This document shows, piece by piece, positions 35,354-50,407 of a stretch of DNA of 64,000 bases. The notes beneath the pieces were generated by a model. That model did no database searches and was not told where the DNA came from. It saw only the letters and a list, made by a program, of their open reading frames with translations. How positions within the stretch are numbered: the first letter of the stretch is position 1; each line of letters begins with the position of its first letter. The DNA lies in assembly GCA_964035545.1 (NCBI GenBank), contig OZ037768.1, positions 10,386,741 to 10,450,740 on the forward strand, written 5' to 3'. Made by a program: the position numbers and the translations under genes. Origin of the DNA: Bugula neritina (taxonomy: Eukaryota; Animalia; Bryozoa).

Positions 35354-36353
35354 TTTTGGATAAATATAGATTTGCCTAATTATAAAAAATAAATTCAACA
35401 TGCCTTAGCAATGACAAATATTATGTGTTCAATTACTCACCTATATGAATCTTAAAAGTTTGAATAACTTGATAAGGCATGCAGTAGATGGCCTCATAAC
35501 ACAAGTATGTATCGTGCACAAGTGAACTAGCAGGTGATTGGTGAGCAGAGTTTAGATAATAAATTACAATACCATAACAAGCACGAGTTCACACACCTGT
35601 ACATTAACATTCAGTTTCAGCAAACTCTAGGAGCTACTAAGCATGACTGTACAAGAATTAATTTTACAGATTGTACTAAGTTGACATGCATTAGCATGAC
35701 AGTGCATACAGCTGCATCAGCATAGAGTAAAAGTAAATAAATTTAAATAAATGCACCCATTAGCAGACAGCTATCATCAGATTCTCAGCAATAAATTAAA
35801 TGACCAAATAAAATTGAACTTTTTTGTTCTAAGAAAAAAGTTGCACATAATTATTTTCAAAGCATATATGCTTCACTTTTCTTAATATTATTATCTAGCA
35901 CTTTTTTAAAACTTTATTATATACATGTACATGTTATTTATTAAACCGATAGTTTCATATAAAACCCATTAAAACATTCAGCCATTTTTAACAGAGATAC
36001 ATATAACTATATACAGTTTATATCAAACCAGCTTTAGCATATTAATATTCAAAACAAACTGTTCCATGGGGTTTAAAAACAAACTATGAAGTATTGGCTG
36101 CAAAGAGAACAAAGGTAGGTAAAAAAGTATAATAACCGCATTACATGCCAAATACTCTTTATAATTCGAATGCAAGTATAATACAGAGAAGGTTCAAATT
36201 TCAAGATAATAAACATCACTAGATCTAATCATACAAGTATATAAACAAAATTTTCATCAACGAAAATCAATTTATAATGTTCTTATTTATTTAAAGTCAA
36301 CGCATATAGCTGAGATGAAATAATGTTGTTATAACGGATCGAGAAATCACAAT

Positions 36354-39300
36354 TCACTGAGAGTAACCAAAGAACCCAGTTGTAGAATTGTATGTTAAGG
36401 GAAGTTGTCGGTCCCTGCCTCTACAAAACGTAACGTATAAGAATTATTTCACTGAATAGTAGCCGCTGTGTTATATCCTGCATATCTCATACTTCATAAA
36501 ACACACTGCCACAAAATAGTATAATCAACTAACTTCATTATAATGCATGCGTTGCAAAAAACACTGTGTCACTGTACACACATTTTGTATCAATAGAAAG
36601 CTTTGAAATTTACTTACGGTCTCTACAGAAAATTTTAAACGCATAAAATTGTGAACACAAAAGAAGATCATCGACTAAAAAGCTTTCATTGCAAAAATTA
36701 GGAAGCTAGGAGTATATCTTGCAGTTTGGTTAATAAAATGGAACTGAATCATCAAAACTAAGTTACTAAACTTTGAAATAAAACACCATTTCACAACAAC
36801 ATATAATATAAATGCATCAACCTTTCATACTAGTCAAGGGTTGTTTTCAGTTTAAAAACTTGATAAAAATTATCAAACCTCCATCAGTAACAAAGTCACC
36901 ACATCATAGAAATACAGTGTAATAAGTAATGTTCACTGACCAGTACTTCAAAATCAAAGCTTAGAATTTAAATCATTGGCACTTAAACAAGAGTTTCTTA
37001 AAATTAAATGTTATTCTGGAAAAACCTCTTCATTTTAACAGTTGTTGCTTGACGAGAAAATGCGACAAATAAGCATCTTCACCAACAAAAAATAGTTAGA
37101 ATCTATAATTGAAATATTAAATAAGAAAGATTAGTAAATTTTATTTTACAAACTACAGACTTCTAGGTATTTTCACTTCTATAAAAAAAACGCAAAACAG
37201 AATGAAAATTATAAACAGAATTAGGAACTTAATACATGACACAATAACTGGGTATTACCTGCGGCAGTGAGGCACAAACTTGACATGAAGAGAAGCGTGA
37301 GGAGAGCCTGTCTCATGAGTGTTGACTGCCATCAGCACATCACAGCACCAGGCCAGTCTGACTAGCTGCAGATTCAGCTGGTTAACTATACTCTCAGTCT
37401 CCTCAGTCTTACCCAGGTTGATCTCTCTTTCAATGCACTGCCATAGCACAACAGTAAACACTTAGTATAGCTAGTTTACTGAATGACATAGGGGAGGGGT
37501 TTACAAATGTATAAACTATGCATAGGCAAGGTTAAGGTTTCTAGACAGAAAATTAAATTTGAAAAGACAAATCTTAATAACTTGAAAGTGATGATTATTC
37601 TTTTGAGATTTTCAACTGAAGCAATTGAAATACATTTCAACGTGTCACATTGCCAAATTTTATACAAGTAGTCGACAAAAGCCAAACCCGTTGGCACACA
37701 CATGGGCATGGTATACAAGTTCCAATAAACCTCATCAGATGTCTGCTTCAATTTATTTATAACCAACAGCAAGAATTCCGAGAGAAATAGAATCTCCTCA
37801 TACAAGGTAGTGTGAGTAGGACAGATAATTGAATAAATTAGTTAATATATTAAGATATAAAAACAAAACTACAAATAATATCCCTCATAGTTTTATGTAA
37901 ATACTCAAGAACCTAGTTACAATACCATTCATATTACAATCATAAGTTGTAGTACCGACTCAGAGTTAATATAGTTTGCACTACAAAAACTACTAGCCAA
38001 ATATTTACTAGCATGGCATATGTTTCCATGTAGGGACAAGTAACTCTTACCCTGATAGCATTGCTGTTATTCCTCGTCAGACATTCTCCTGGCTGACGAT
38101 CTTCAATCTTGAGTAAAACTATGGGGCGGGTACTTGGGTAGTTCCCACTAATAGAGACATGAGCCAAAACTTTAACTAAAACATGAATAAATATCTGACA
38201 GGTCAGCTTATTGAGACAATTACCATACAGAAATTGAAAAAATATATACTAAATGAAACAATAATATAATCCAATGCCGTATAGACCAATCAACTGCAGT
38301 TAGTAATAAAGAATAGCATGCATACCATGGAAACATGTTAGCTTAGCCAAGTAGATTATGCATTCGGGAGTTATGGCTCCTGATTTAACATACTCGTCAG
38401 CATGAGCCAGTTCAGTGAAATCCTCAAATGTGCATCTGGACCAGTGGTATAGTTTGGTCTGAGGAAGTTGACGTGGTAAGAGCTCGCCGCTGTTGGACGG
38501 AACTGCGAGATTACATTTCTCTGAAATAACAAGTGTATAGAAACTGTAATTTCTGAATTCATTTGAGTTGTCAACTCAACATATGTAATAAAGTAACCAC
38601 CTAAGTCAGCCAGCTGGTGCACTAGTTCTACGCGGTTCAGCACTAGAGTCCTGAGTTTCTTCACAACTACACTAACACTGGAGAGTTTAGGCTCTGTCAC
38701 CTCCATACTCAACACACTTAGACCAGCAAGACGCTGAGCCCAGCGAAATGGTGTTCCTATTTTAGCTCTCAAGTGAGACAGAGTAGATGGCCTGAAAAAT
38801 ACAGGAACAAGAAATAGAAGATTAGATGAGAGTATTGGATATTTAAGATAATAAATATATATTGAGGGCGGAAGCTTATAAACACACAGACTGAGTAAGT
38901 AACAATGCATTGTCTTTACAACAGAGAATTACTGTACAGCAAACTTACGCTAATTTATCAAGCTGTGATTGGCTGAATGACGAGGGGCATGTTGTACCTT
39001 GGTCATCGGGAAATATGCTGCTCAGTATAGAGTTTGCTTCAAGTAGATCACTGCCAATATACAATCATAAACATATTCCTTCTGCACCGAGATTTATAAA
39101 GACGCATGGACAAAATTGAGAAAGCAACTCTTGTTGTAAAACAGGAAATGGAGAGGTGTATCATATGGTCTATTGTATAGCCAGTATTTAATGACTGGCT
39201 CCAATTAACTTGCTAATCCACTACACAACTGCAAACCTACACAACTACCATTACACGACTACACAACTGTGCCAACTACACAACTACAACTACACAACTC

Positions 39301-42300
39301 TGTAACTCGGTTGATGAAAAAGAGAATAAAACCACCTACTCTGCCGTCACACTGCAGGCAGCGGATGAACCGTCTACAAGCTCTGACTTGACGGTAACCA
39401 TATTCATGTTGACCATGTAGTAGATGTAGAGTTGAACTTTCACCCCTTGCTCGGCAGCAGGTAGCTGGTGAGAGCTGCGACATTGCAAGAGTAAGTTAAT
39501 ATAGAGAGGGTGTTGTTTCAGCACCCGGGACTCTAGATTCTCCTCCTGGACACTGGCCATACGTCTTCTGTGTTTCTATAATCACACATACATGTGGTCA
39601 ACTCATGAGTAATCAGCATACCTACCTTATTTAGCCTTTGACAAGACACCTCACTGCACATAACATGACCCTGACTAGTGTAATATGTGATGTGTAACAT
39701 AATGATAATTTATAATATAGCATATTGTAAGTTTTATGATGATTAGAAATATACCAAAGATAAGATTAGGTTAATAAATGTTTTGTCAGAAAAGTGATTA
39801 GTTGATAGACACATAGTACTCTGATTGTCCAACCCCTGACATCACTTTTACTAATAAAAGCAAAAAAAAATTTGCCCCTTTTAGGTGTAAGGTGAGAGCA
39901 GTGATTAAAAGAATGAATACTAAAGTCTAGTAGAAGTAGTCCTTACAGATACTTTGTGTGTTTCTTCTTCTTGATCACTGTCACTATCTTCATCTGAAAC
40001 ATATAAACATTCCTTTGAAACCAGTACTACAACAATCAGCAGGTATACGTAGACTTGATAGGGCAGCAAGAGGGTACAAAATGACTTTATTATTTAGTGT
40101 GGCACATGCTTGGGTACTGTCATTATTTAACATCTCGATCTAGAAGACAGACGGGGCAATTGATGTAATTTGATTTGTAACACATAAGAATGGTGTACTA
40201 AGTAAGCTTAGACGTTATGCTAAAAATTATACAATTATATTAAGACACAGGGCACTTCACAAGTACATTTCATACACCGGGGATGCTACACACTACACAT
40301 AATGATGCAATGAGTCGCATATTACACCAACATTCATAATAATTACATAGACATTTACCTTTAGTAGTTGTATTTGAAACAAAACTGCGTGCAGCGTCCA
40401 TATCTCCTTCAATGGCGGCTGTCAAATTTCCTGTTGATTACAAACAAGTCACAGTTGAACACTTAAACACCATGTTGAGTAAGTAATGAAATAGTTTATA
40501 AATTTGCAGAATAATTCTCTGCTGTTATAACAATCTTTGATAGCATTAACTCAGCCCCTACCATCAAACTAATCAACTATCAGTTTAAAAACTATATACG
40601 CTTATTCTTACAAATGTTCACACAAGCTAAAACTTTCATTTTATTAGAAGATATCTAGACTACCTTTGCCATCATGATACTGCAATGCATTCAAATTCTT
40701 GAAGAGAACAAAGAGAGGTTGGGGGAGATACTTGGCCAGCTGTGACTGCAGACGATCTTGTTCAAAGGGCATTCCGAGGTATTCCTGCACTGGTCTGGTG
40801 GACTGAAACATGGTAACTTATAGTCTTACAACATTTCCTTGCATATCATGGCTGCAGATCAAATCTAAGGGGGGGGGGGGATCACCTCTAATGAGTTAAG
40901 CACTATCAGCATAAGAACCGGAATTTAATTATTTTTTGCATCTGAATTCTCTTAATAGCACAGCAGGCCTAATATTTAACTCTTATCCATATTTGTATAG
41001 CTTCTAAAGTGTCAATGTAGGTTTACCTCCAGTATTTTAGTGAGTTTCGGCGCTAAAGATTCCAGCTTTGCTTCTCTCAATTGAATATCATTTTGAGACT
41101 CTTCTATTGCTTTCTTTGTCTCAGAAAGTTTGTTGGCTAAGCTGCAATAGTAATGGCGGACATCTTTACATAGGAGTAGCACAACTCTCGTATACTGCAA
41201 TGATGTCTAACAATCAAGAGTAGTAGTATTATACTAGATACACTTACATCTTCCTCTGCTCCAGCTCCCACTGCAGTCTTGCTTTCCGCAGCTCATGTTC
41301 ACTAGCCTTGGTCACCTCCTGTGTGAAGACAAACTGTATTTAAGTAAACCTTTCCTCAATATTTTTCTTATAACAATAATATTAGAAAATAAACTCAATA
41401 AAGAATAATAAACCTCTATAAACCCTGCAATTAATAAGGGCCAAGCAACTTGTCTTTATTTTAAAGCTTCAGGCCTCAATTCTTACTATTTGGGATGAAC
41501 AAACCAAATAAAACCAAGAGAAAATTTTAAAGGTAAAAAAATGAACAATGGTAAATAATCACTCACTTCTCTGGATATTTCTGGGGGAGCTTCAGCATAG
41601 AATTCCTCAACAGACACCAAATTCAGTTCCTCATCCTTAGATCTGTATACAGTGAATGACAACATGAGTTGCTATGATTTTACATTATTTTTATTGTATT
41701 AGTTAATTTTATTAAACTCCACAAAATGTACTAATTTATAAATAAATTCGGCATTGTGGTTAACAAGCAAAGATTTTGCTTTAAAAATAAGCATATGACC
41801 TGCTAGAAATTAAAAACATACATATTTATAAATTAAAATTATATCATAAACTACGACAATACGAAATTTAAAATTAAAGTGAAAAAGTTTGAAAATAACT
41901 ATAGATATGTTGACACTTAGAATATTAAACATTGTAGATGTGTGGTAAAATCCATTTAATAAGTATCATATGGACAAGCATATAATATATAGTCCAACAC
42001 AAATTAATATTTTAACATAACACACTTGAATTTTTTTAAAAACATATACGTAATGCTAAATAAAACTAATTTAGCATTATTTAGAAATAACAAATACAAA
42101 TCCAAGACATTGCCCAGCTTCTAGAGAAAGTAAACATTTCATAAGTTACCTAAACTCAAGGCATTTGTTGATTTCCTTCTGCAAATGGCCAACTTCGTAG
42201 AGAAGATTTTGAAGTTTCAAGTGATACTGATCGCTCTTAACACGTTTCTACAGAACAATCACTTCATACAATGCGACAACCTGCTTAGAATTTGAAGAAT

Positions 42301-44119
42301 ACATTTGATTTCACTATAAAAATTAATGAAGGTTATTTTGCACAAAAATAAACATAAGGCTACACAAATGTGGTTTGAAACAAAAATATTTTGTCATCAT
42401 TTTCAGCAAACTGGTGAATTTTCAACACAATAGGCTTTGCATATTGAAGCATTTCTGGATAATTAGAAGTACTCTAACTGGCTGAGTAGCTTAAAAATAA
42501 CATAGTTAGGAGTAAAAAAGTACATTTCTCTACAAGATTCACTGTCCAAATAATTTAACAAAACCCCGCATAATAAGTCTTTCAGTTTTAATTGAACAGG
42601 CAAACTTTTCGAAGTAGGAAAAAATGCACATTTCTTTAGGCGAATGATTGTGCAAGGGCCATGTAAAACGTTTATTTCTATTGAATATACAAACTTATAT
42701 TAATTCTATTTAAAAATTCAATTATGAAAATTTTAGGAAGTTATTTTAAAAAATTTCTTCATCAATAATTTATAACTATTTATGTAACATAGTTATATTG
42801 AATTTTAGGATTTTATATTTTACAAAAGCAGTCTGTGTTAGTAAAAATTATATGGAAAAATTTTCTAGTTATACAACTTTGAGATACAGTAAGAATTCCT
42901 AATGATGACAGATTTAACCAGACACTGTAACAGTTAACTAACCTCACTAGTAGTGTCTTTGGCTCGAAAGGAACCAAGGTGAGACAATCTGTTCAACTTC
43001 CGCAGTTTAGCTATTGCTAGAGATGTAAATATTCTTTGCTCACATATCTCAGCAGGCTATGTTAATACAAAACAGCAATATTTGGTAAACTATATAAAAT
43101 AAGGATAGTACGGTGTTTATTATCAGTATAGTATTGTTCATATTCAGCAACTTGGGCCTAATGGCAAACCTACTGGATACAGAATTATTGTATAAAAATA
43201 TTGTATAAAATATAAATATTCTAAAGTAACCTTCAATAAGAAAAACACAAATGTGACTAAAATACATACTGCTGTGGGGTCATTGCCCATCTTCAAATCA
43301 TGAATGACACCCAGTGATTCTTTAATGGCAGCCACAGTGCTCTTAAATGTGGAAAGGTCAGCCATCTTATCACGGCTTTTGCTCTCCTCAACTTCCATAT
43401 TAAATAGTTCATGGTCAGTAATCTAAAGTGAATATATTGAAAACATCAAAATGAACACTCTAAAAAATTACAAGTTGATAAATAAGACGAATAAACTTTG
43501 TTCAAGTTATTTCTTATTGAACTTTATTTGACAGCTAATACTAGAAAATACATTGTTTAAAAAATGCTCAAAACTTTCATTAGACATTAGAATGCAATGT
43601 ATTCACAGCCTCTTCAACTTTAAATAATGTCTAAGCTTATTAGCAGGTAAACACTACATTACAATATGCAGATGTATCAAAAAATAGTACAATTCAACTG
43701 TTCATGTTACAAATACAATAATAAATTCTGAGCAATTTTGACTGCCAATTGTATATTTATCTGAATGTTACAAGTAGGCTTACCAAATTGATACAAGGCA
43801 ACAATCAGCTGAAATTAAACCTTCAAAGTAAAAAAGCATTATTAGTTGGAGGTGAAAGCTTTTTTCATTTGCCTTAATGAAAAACTCAACAAACTCTTAC
43901 AAAAAATGTATTAAATGCTATAAAGTGTTTAACATGTTTGAGAGTTTTATCTATACAAACTGATAAAAAAAATTTATTGATGCAAACAGAACATCATAAT
44001 AAAAAGCTGACCTTTAACTTTGATTCATCACTTTGAATTTTAACTTTCTTAATCTCTGACTTTTTAGAGGGGGATGCATCTACATTTGAGCGCTTTCTAT
44101 CTTTATCTTTACTAGACAT
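36354..44119 (-). CDS. THOC5: THO complex subunit 5 (FMIP), about 17 coding exons
   Basis: [10 protein letters not shown]...[51 protein letters not shown]...[11 protein letters not shown]...STRPVQEYL...LPQPLFVL...HPLY...[11 protein letters not shown]...[22 protein letters not shown]. Confidence 0.96.
39220..39298. repeat. Degenerate (ACAACTAC)n repeat in a THOC5 intron
   Basis: Repeated CTACACAA/CTACAA units. Confidence 0.75.
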
Positions 44120-46575
44120 GATGCTAGCTATAAAAACCATTATTACAATACAATTATATAGGTCATTATAGCTTCAAAATAATTTTTAAATCATTCACTA
44201 AATAAACTTGATAATTGAAAACACCTACAATACTTTTACTTAGACTACATCTAAAATATTATATCAACTTCATATATTAGAGAGTATTAGAAAAATGGCA
44301 AAAGCAGTTGAGAGAAAAGTAATTTTTTAGAAAAAAATGCTTTAACTATACTGTATGCACTAATGCATTTTTGTATAGCTTTTGTGATAAATTTTTGATA
44401 ACTACAATATTTCGATTATCAGACAGTTTAATGCACATCAGAATTGTCATCATTTTATTTTAATGAACAATTTTGATAGTTTTGACATTGCATTAGCTTT
44501 AAGAATAAATAGCATAGATTAAAAATTTTCAGTTATTACACAAAAACTACTCTTCATTACAATAGAATATCTCACTATCAGTTTGATTACTGAAAACCAA
44601 CAGTTTCTTTAAAAAGTCACTAGTTCTAAATTAGTAATCAAGCAATGCATTGGAATCATTTTACTAATTATAGCTGCTTATATTTAAAAAAATCAAGACA
44701 TAATTAATAGTGCTAATATTGCTACTGGATGCATATTTAAAATATTAAATTACTACTAGTATTAGTATTACAGTATTACAAATAAGTATAAGTAGAAATA
44801 CAAATAGATATACATAAACTTAAATATTATATTTATTACTTATAGTTATTAGACGCCAGACGGTACCCATGGCTATTACTACTAATTACTACATTTGCTT
44901 ATTACTTATTAGTCATTACGATTATTAATTCTTAGTAATCTTAGCTATAATCAAAGGCAAAGGCTAAAGTAGAGCTACATTTTCCTACAAACCAGGTTTT
45001 AATAATAAACTAAAACAATAAATATTACAATTAACAAAATGATAACCACAATGATGATGATATTGACAGCCATAATGATAATGATAAGCATGATAGCTAT
45101 TTACGATAATTTAGTTTTAAATTACTTTAAATAGCCTACTAACTCTTACTCTAAGCTACTTAAAAATAAAAGTTAAAACATAGCAATTTAAAGTTAACAT
45201 TCACCATCATCAAATCTAACCACATTTATATAATCATTACTTTATGACAATCATTTTCTTCAATATTATATTTAATATACTATTAATGCTATTACTCATG
45301 GCTAGTGCTTCAGAGTCAAGTTCAACACTCCGACTGGCGCGAGTGCAAACTCAAACTGAAACTGCAAGGGCACAACCTGAACCTACAAAGTGAGACACTA
45401 TGACGGTAAGTACAAACATGAATCACAATTTATATTAAACATTCATCAAGTAAAGCGTTATTTTAACTATCCTCTTAATTTAATTTAGTGCTGTTTTGAA
45501 AATTTTTGTAAATATAATTTTATTATAATTAAATGAAGACGAGAATAATCGCCAGAATGGATCTTTTTTCGCACAAGTGATAAATAAAGGTTATAAAGCT
45601 ATTCGCTGTGTTAGACTGCTAGACTATCGCTGAGTTATATAGTTCAATAAATGGTTTGAACACTTTGAATGAGAGAACACAATTCTAAATAAAAACAACT
45701 TTGGAGGCATGGAGGATGAGATAGGCATAAATGGTCTGGTTAGAAATAATAGATCTGTTCAACGAGATATTTTTGGATAAAATATGAGAATGCATGTGTT
45801 TGTTGGCATTAGAAATGTTTATTGTTTATGTAATCATTGTTTAGGGAAGATTTATGACAAACGGTTGGGTTTTCAAATATACTAGTAGATGGCAATTTAT
45901 TATTTATAATATAGCAGGTGCAGTATATAAATTATATGAGCCAGTTTAATAAACTCAACATAGTTTATTTAATAATATTTTTGAAATAAAAACACACAGT
46001 GAAGACATTTAAATCCTTAGTAGAAATGTGTTTACAGCACAATTCAAATTTATTCATACTATGGAATAAGTCATTAATTTATAAGGCTGTCTGTTAAAGA
46101 ATGGCAACTATCGACTATAACTGTAAACGATTCAGAAAACAAAAAAAAGAAAGATAATTCTCAGTTTACACAGAAAAGATTCCAAGATAAATGCACTTCA
46201 ATAAAGTGTACAAAAAGGCATGCCTATGTGCATGTTTTGGTCTCTGAGCAGTCTAACACTGGAATAGAGAAAGAGACAAAGAGGATTCTATTAAACTATC
46301 ATAGAGAGGTTTCCAGAAGTTAAGTCATGAGCATCTGTTGACTGAGCAGTTCATCTACACATCAGATAGTATTAGCTGTAGTATGGAATGGTTTGTGTAG
46401 AATATCTAGATAATAAACAGAAATATATTAAAGAACGACAAGAATGAAAGAAGGCAGGATTGCAATGGTGACTGTTGTAAAAGTATGATATGAGATATAA
46501 CTATAAAATATAAAGGAGGATCTAAGGATGAATAAATTGAAACTTCCTAGAATCTATCTAAATTAAGCTCCAACC

Positions 46576-49456
46576 TCAATCGTTGTTCTGGACACAGCAA
46601 CAGAAAAACTTCAGAAATTTATTTCTTCGACTCCGGGGTGTGACCGGTTCTTGAACTGATTCAAACTCTACAAAATATAGCATCTCTTTTGACATATAAT
46701 AATAATAATTGTATTTCTATACAGGTTTTTCATTGGTTATATTTGATTGGCTGTTTCGTGCAAATCTGCGGTGAATAATATTGAGCAAATAAGGAAAAAT
46801 ATCGTTGGCCTAATTTGCTAAATCATGTTAGGGAAGTTATTTAAAGTTTTGCCAAGGTATAATTTCACTTGCATCATTTCATACTATCGAGGAAATTTAC
46901 ATATACATTTGGGTAGAGAGCTTTTTCTTGACTCATAATAATGCTTAAAAATAATAAACTCTTGTATGAATCAAAAATACTTACCATTACGGGCCTCAAT
47001 TGGTGCTTCAACACAAGTTGATACTTTTGTCTCCTTGATTGCTTGTCTGACAATATTAAGAGAGGGAGGAGTGTTGAGTGAGCTTCCATCAGCTACCAAA
47101 GTTTTTGTTACAAAATATGTGAAATGTGTTGCAGTTTAAATTGTTAGTTCAAGACTAATATATTGGTTACCAGTTGGCTAATGGCTTGTTTGTAATAGAC
47201 AAACATGTTTCTTCATTATAAACTCGCAAAATTGGAACTATTCTGCTTTTGTGGATGAAAATAATTAATGAGCTTGATAGAAATTCACACACAAATCAAA
47301 ATTTTGGTAGTAATTTTTTAGATATTGTCTCAAATATGACAGACCCCTCCCTATATATTCTTTATTGATATCTTTGAGTGACACAAGTTTTATTTTTACA
47401 ACTATTTTCTGAGCTTCAATATTTACCAGACAAAGTGGAAAGTGCTGGGAGCTGTTCCTTATCACTTTCTTTCTTCTCCTCTTCCACTGATTCGCTATTC
47501 TTATTGCCATTTTCTCTCTTTTGTTCACCAGGCTGCAGTACACCTTCTCTTACCATCTCCTCTATTAAAATAATTTTGTTTTAATTCAAAAACATATTTC
47601 TATATTAAAAACAGCTTTTTACAAAATTATATAATGCTGGCCTTATCATATTTTATATGAAAATATATCATATAAAGTATTGTGGAATGTTGATGAATTT
47701 TACTGATTAGCTTTTGGTTTGCTTAGAATTCACTCATTCACTAAATTCTTCCCAGAGGCAATGCTTTCATTCAATTGCTGAATTATTCAAACAAGAATTA
47801 ATTATATCTTTAAATGCAAGTTAACAACTGAATACTTGACTAAGGGCAAATAGAAAAAAGAGGTTTTGCAAGATAATTATTAAAAAACGCAAATGCACCA
47901 AGAAATATGTAAAAAAAAACAATTAACAAAATGTAGATGAATAAAGTAGCACTTTGATGCTTTTAATTTTGCTATACAAAAATATTGAAGTAATATTATA
48001 CCAGGCAAATGGTGGAGCTTAGCAGAAGTTTCATTGTTGGTCTCTTGTTTTCCCAGGGGGACTTCTTTTATTTGTTCAACAGCCTTTCGTATCATATCAT
48101 CACCGTCTGTCTTTTTGACTTTCAACTCCTTGATATCCCTTTTGAAAGAACTTAAATCTTCGGCCAACTCACCTAAAGAAATAAAACCAATTTATTTAAA
48201 AATTGGACCTTTTCTAATATTACTGTAAATGTCAAGTAATATCTTGTTTGTTTGACATTTTAGAACGTCAGATGTGAGGCTTCTAAAGAGGTTCAAGCTC
48301 AGCTTCATTTGTCTTCTCAACTCATACTGATGCTCAGTAATAATAAAATTTTGCTATATCAAATATACTAACCACTATGTCCTTCATTAGGTGATTCAAT
48401 AGACTTTTGTAGTTGTCTCTCCCTGACTGCTTGTCTGACACTGTTGAGAGAAGGAGGGTCTCCACCAGCCAGTAAAGTTTCTGGTACAAAATATATTAAA
48501 TGTGTTGCAGTTTATAGCTGTTAATTTATAAATATCGATTATCAGTTGGCTAATGGCTTGTTTTTAATGGAAAAACTTGTCTCTTCCTTATAAACTCGCA
48601 ATATTAGAACTAATTCAAGCTTTTGGATGTAAATAATTATGAGCGATCAATAGAAATTCACACACAAATCAAAATTTTGGTGGTAATATTTTAGATAATG
48701 TCTCAAATATGACAGAACTATTCTTTAACAATATCTTTAAGTAATATAAATTTTATTTTGCTACCTCTATTTTCTTAGTTTTAATATTTACCAGACAATG
48801 TGGAAAGTGTTGGGAGCGTATCTTCATACACCTGAATTTTGGTCGATTTCCCGATAGCGGTAAAGGTTTTTGGTATGTTGTTGCAAGAATACAATTCCGT
48901 ATGCGTTGAAAGCAGCTCTGCTTTCTTTAAACCATTCTCGTTTTTATCCTTGCTGCTACCAAACAAACATTCACTAAGTCAAACCACTATTTAAAAATGT
49001 ATGATGTCACATTATGTTGTACTATGCTGCACTCATCATGTAGAAAGTTTTAATATCCCACAACATAATTGAACTAACAACATCTCAGTACTAGTAGATT
49101 CACAGGAAATATGTCTGTATGAAACTCATTCTCACCTTTTAATCCTGCGTTGATCACCTGGGGCTTTTCTTTTCAACCGGTAATACTCATAAAAGAGTAT
49201 TCCAAGAACAAAAACATTGTAAAAAGTCGCCTTCCCTTTACTGTAATAAACAAATAATTATCCTACTCTAAATTACTGTTTTCCAAAATATCAAAAAACT
49301 AAAGCAAAACCTTTTATGTATGAAAGTGTCAAATGATAAAAATAACAAAAACATTGACGATAAATAAAGAAGAAATATAACTTACTAAAACAACTTTACT
49401 GCCAGAATGGCGGACACCAGCAATAAAATTACAGAGAGTAGTAGCAGCAAAATCAT
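46576..49456 (-). CDS. Orphan membrane protein, 8 exons, 323 aa; N-terminal hydrophobic segments, low-complexity middle with internal duplication, C-terminal basic/FFCCC tail
   Basis: Exons 49456-49386, 49240-49136, 48973-48792, 48480-48373, 48172-48002, 47561-47427, 47092-46985, 46667-46576 total 972 nt, all GT-AG and in frame. MILLLLLSVILLLVSAILAVKLFY...PRSRRNKFLKFFCCCVQNND*. Confidence 0.75.
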
Positions 49457-50407
49457 ATTTCAATTTATATGATCAATCGTTGCATAAAAAGCATTAAACG
49501 TTTATATTCAATAGCAGCAATAAACTGTACATTTGTGAACTCAGTAAACGTGCAATTAAGGCATCATTATGTCACTCGTTATGTCATCATTCATTATTGA
49601 ACATTTTTTGAATATCTCATTTTGATATTTTAACAACATAAAAATATCATTGTAATAGAAGAATAAAATGTCTAGATTTAAATACAGTCAGAAGTTGTGT
49701 TACACTGATTTCTTTTCAAAATATCATTATTTGAAATAATTTTCTAACACTTTATATGTATGCAGTATATTACTCACATACATCTTGGCTAAAGATAACG
49801 TGCATGCAGTGTGCATAAATGAAGAACAAGCAAGAATCGAGTTAAAGGGAGTGTGTGAATGTATGAATTAATAATTCCCCAGAATGTAGGAGTGAACCCT
49901 CAACCCAGAAGTCAAGACAACTGAGAACTACCAGACAGACACCCTAACCAGAAAGTTTCACTACCCCTAAAGTCCAAAAGAGAAACAGGAGTCAATATCA
50001 CAGCCAAACCACATGTATTAATACACCAGTTGGATCAAAAGATAGTTTTAGACAATAACTGAATAAGCTGATAACTTTAATAAAAACTACCAACTCCTGA
50101 TGTAACAAGTATAAGAGAGAACAACAGCAGTAAACAGAGTTATTATTGTAACCAAGATTCAAACTGAACTAGAGCATAAATCAGCACATAAAAAGAGTAC
50201 ATTTTTAAATTTTGCACTTGAAAATTATTTAAACTTTTTGTAAAAACTCTCTTTTACAAGAATATCATATTTCAGCACGCTTCTTATACAGTCTAATCTA
50301 AAATTTGAAAGAAAGATTCTGTTAGGAATGACATTATAGCACCTATACCTGCTAGGATATGAGTTACAATGAGTAAGTTACTTGACTTAAATAATTGTTT
50401 ATGCAGG

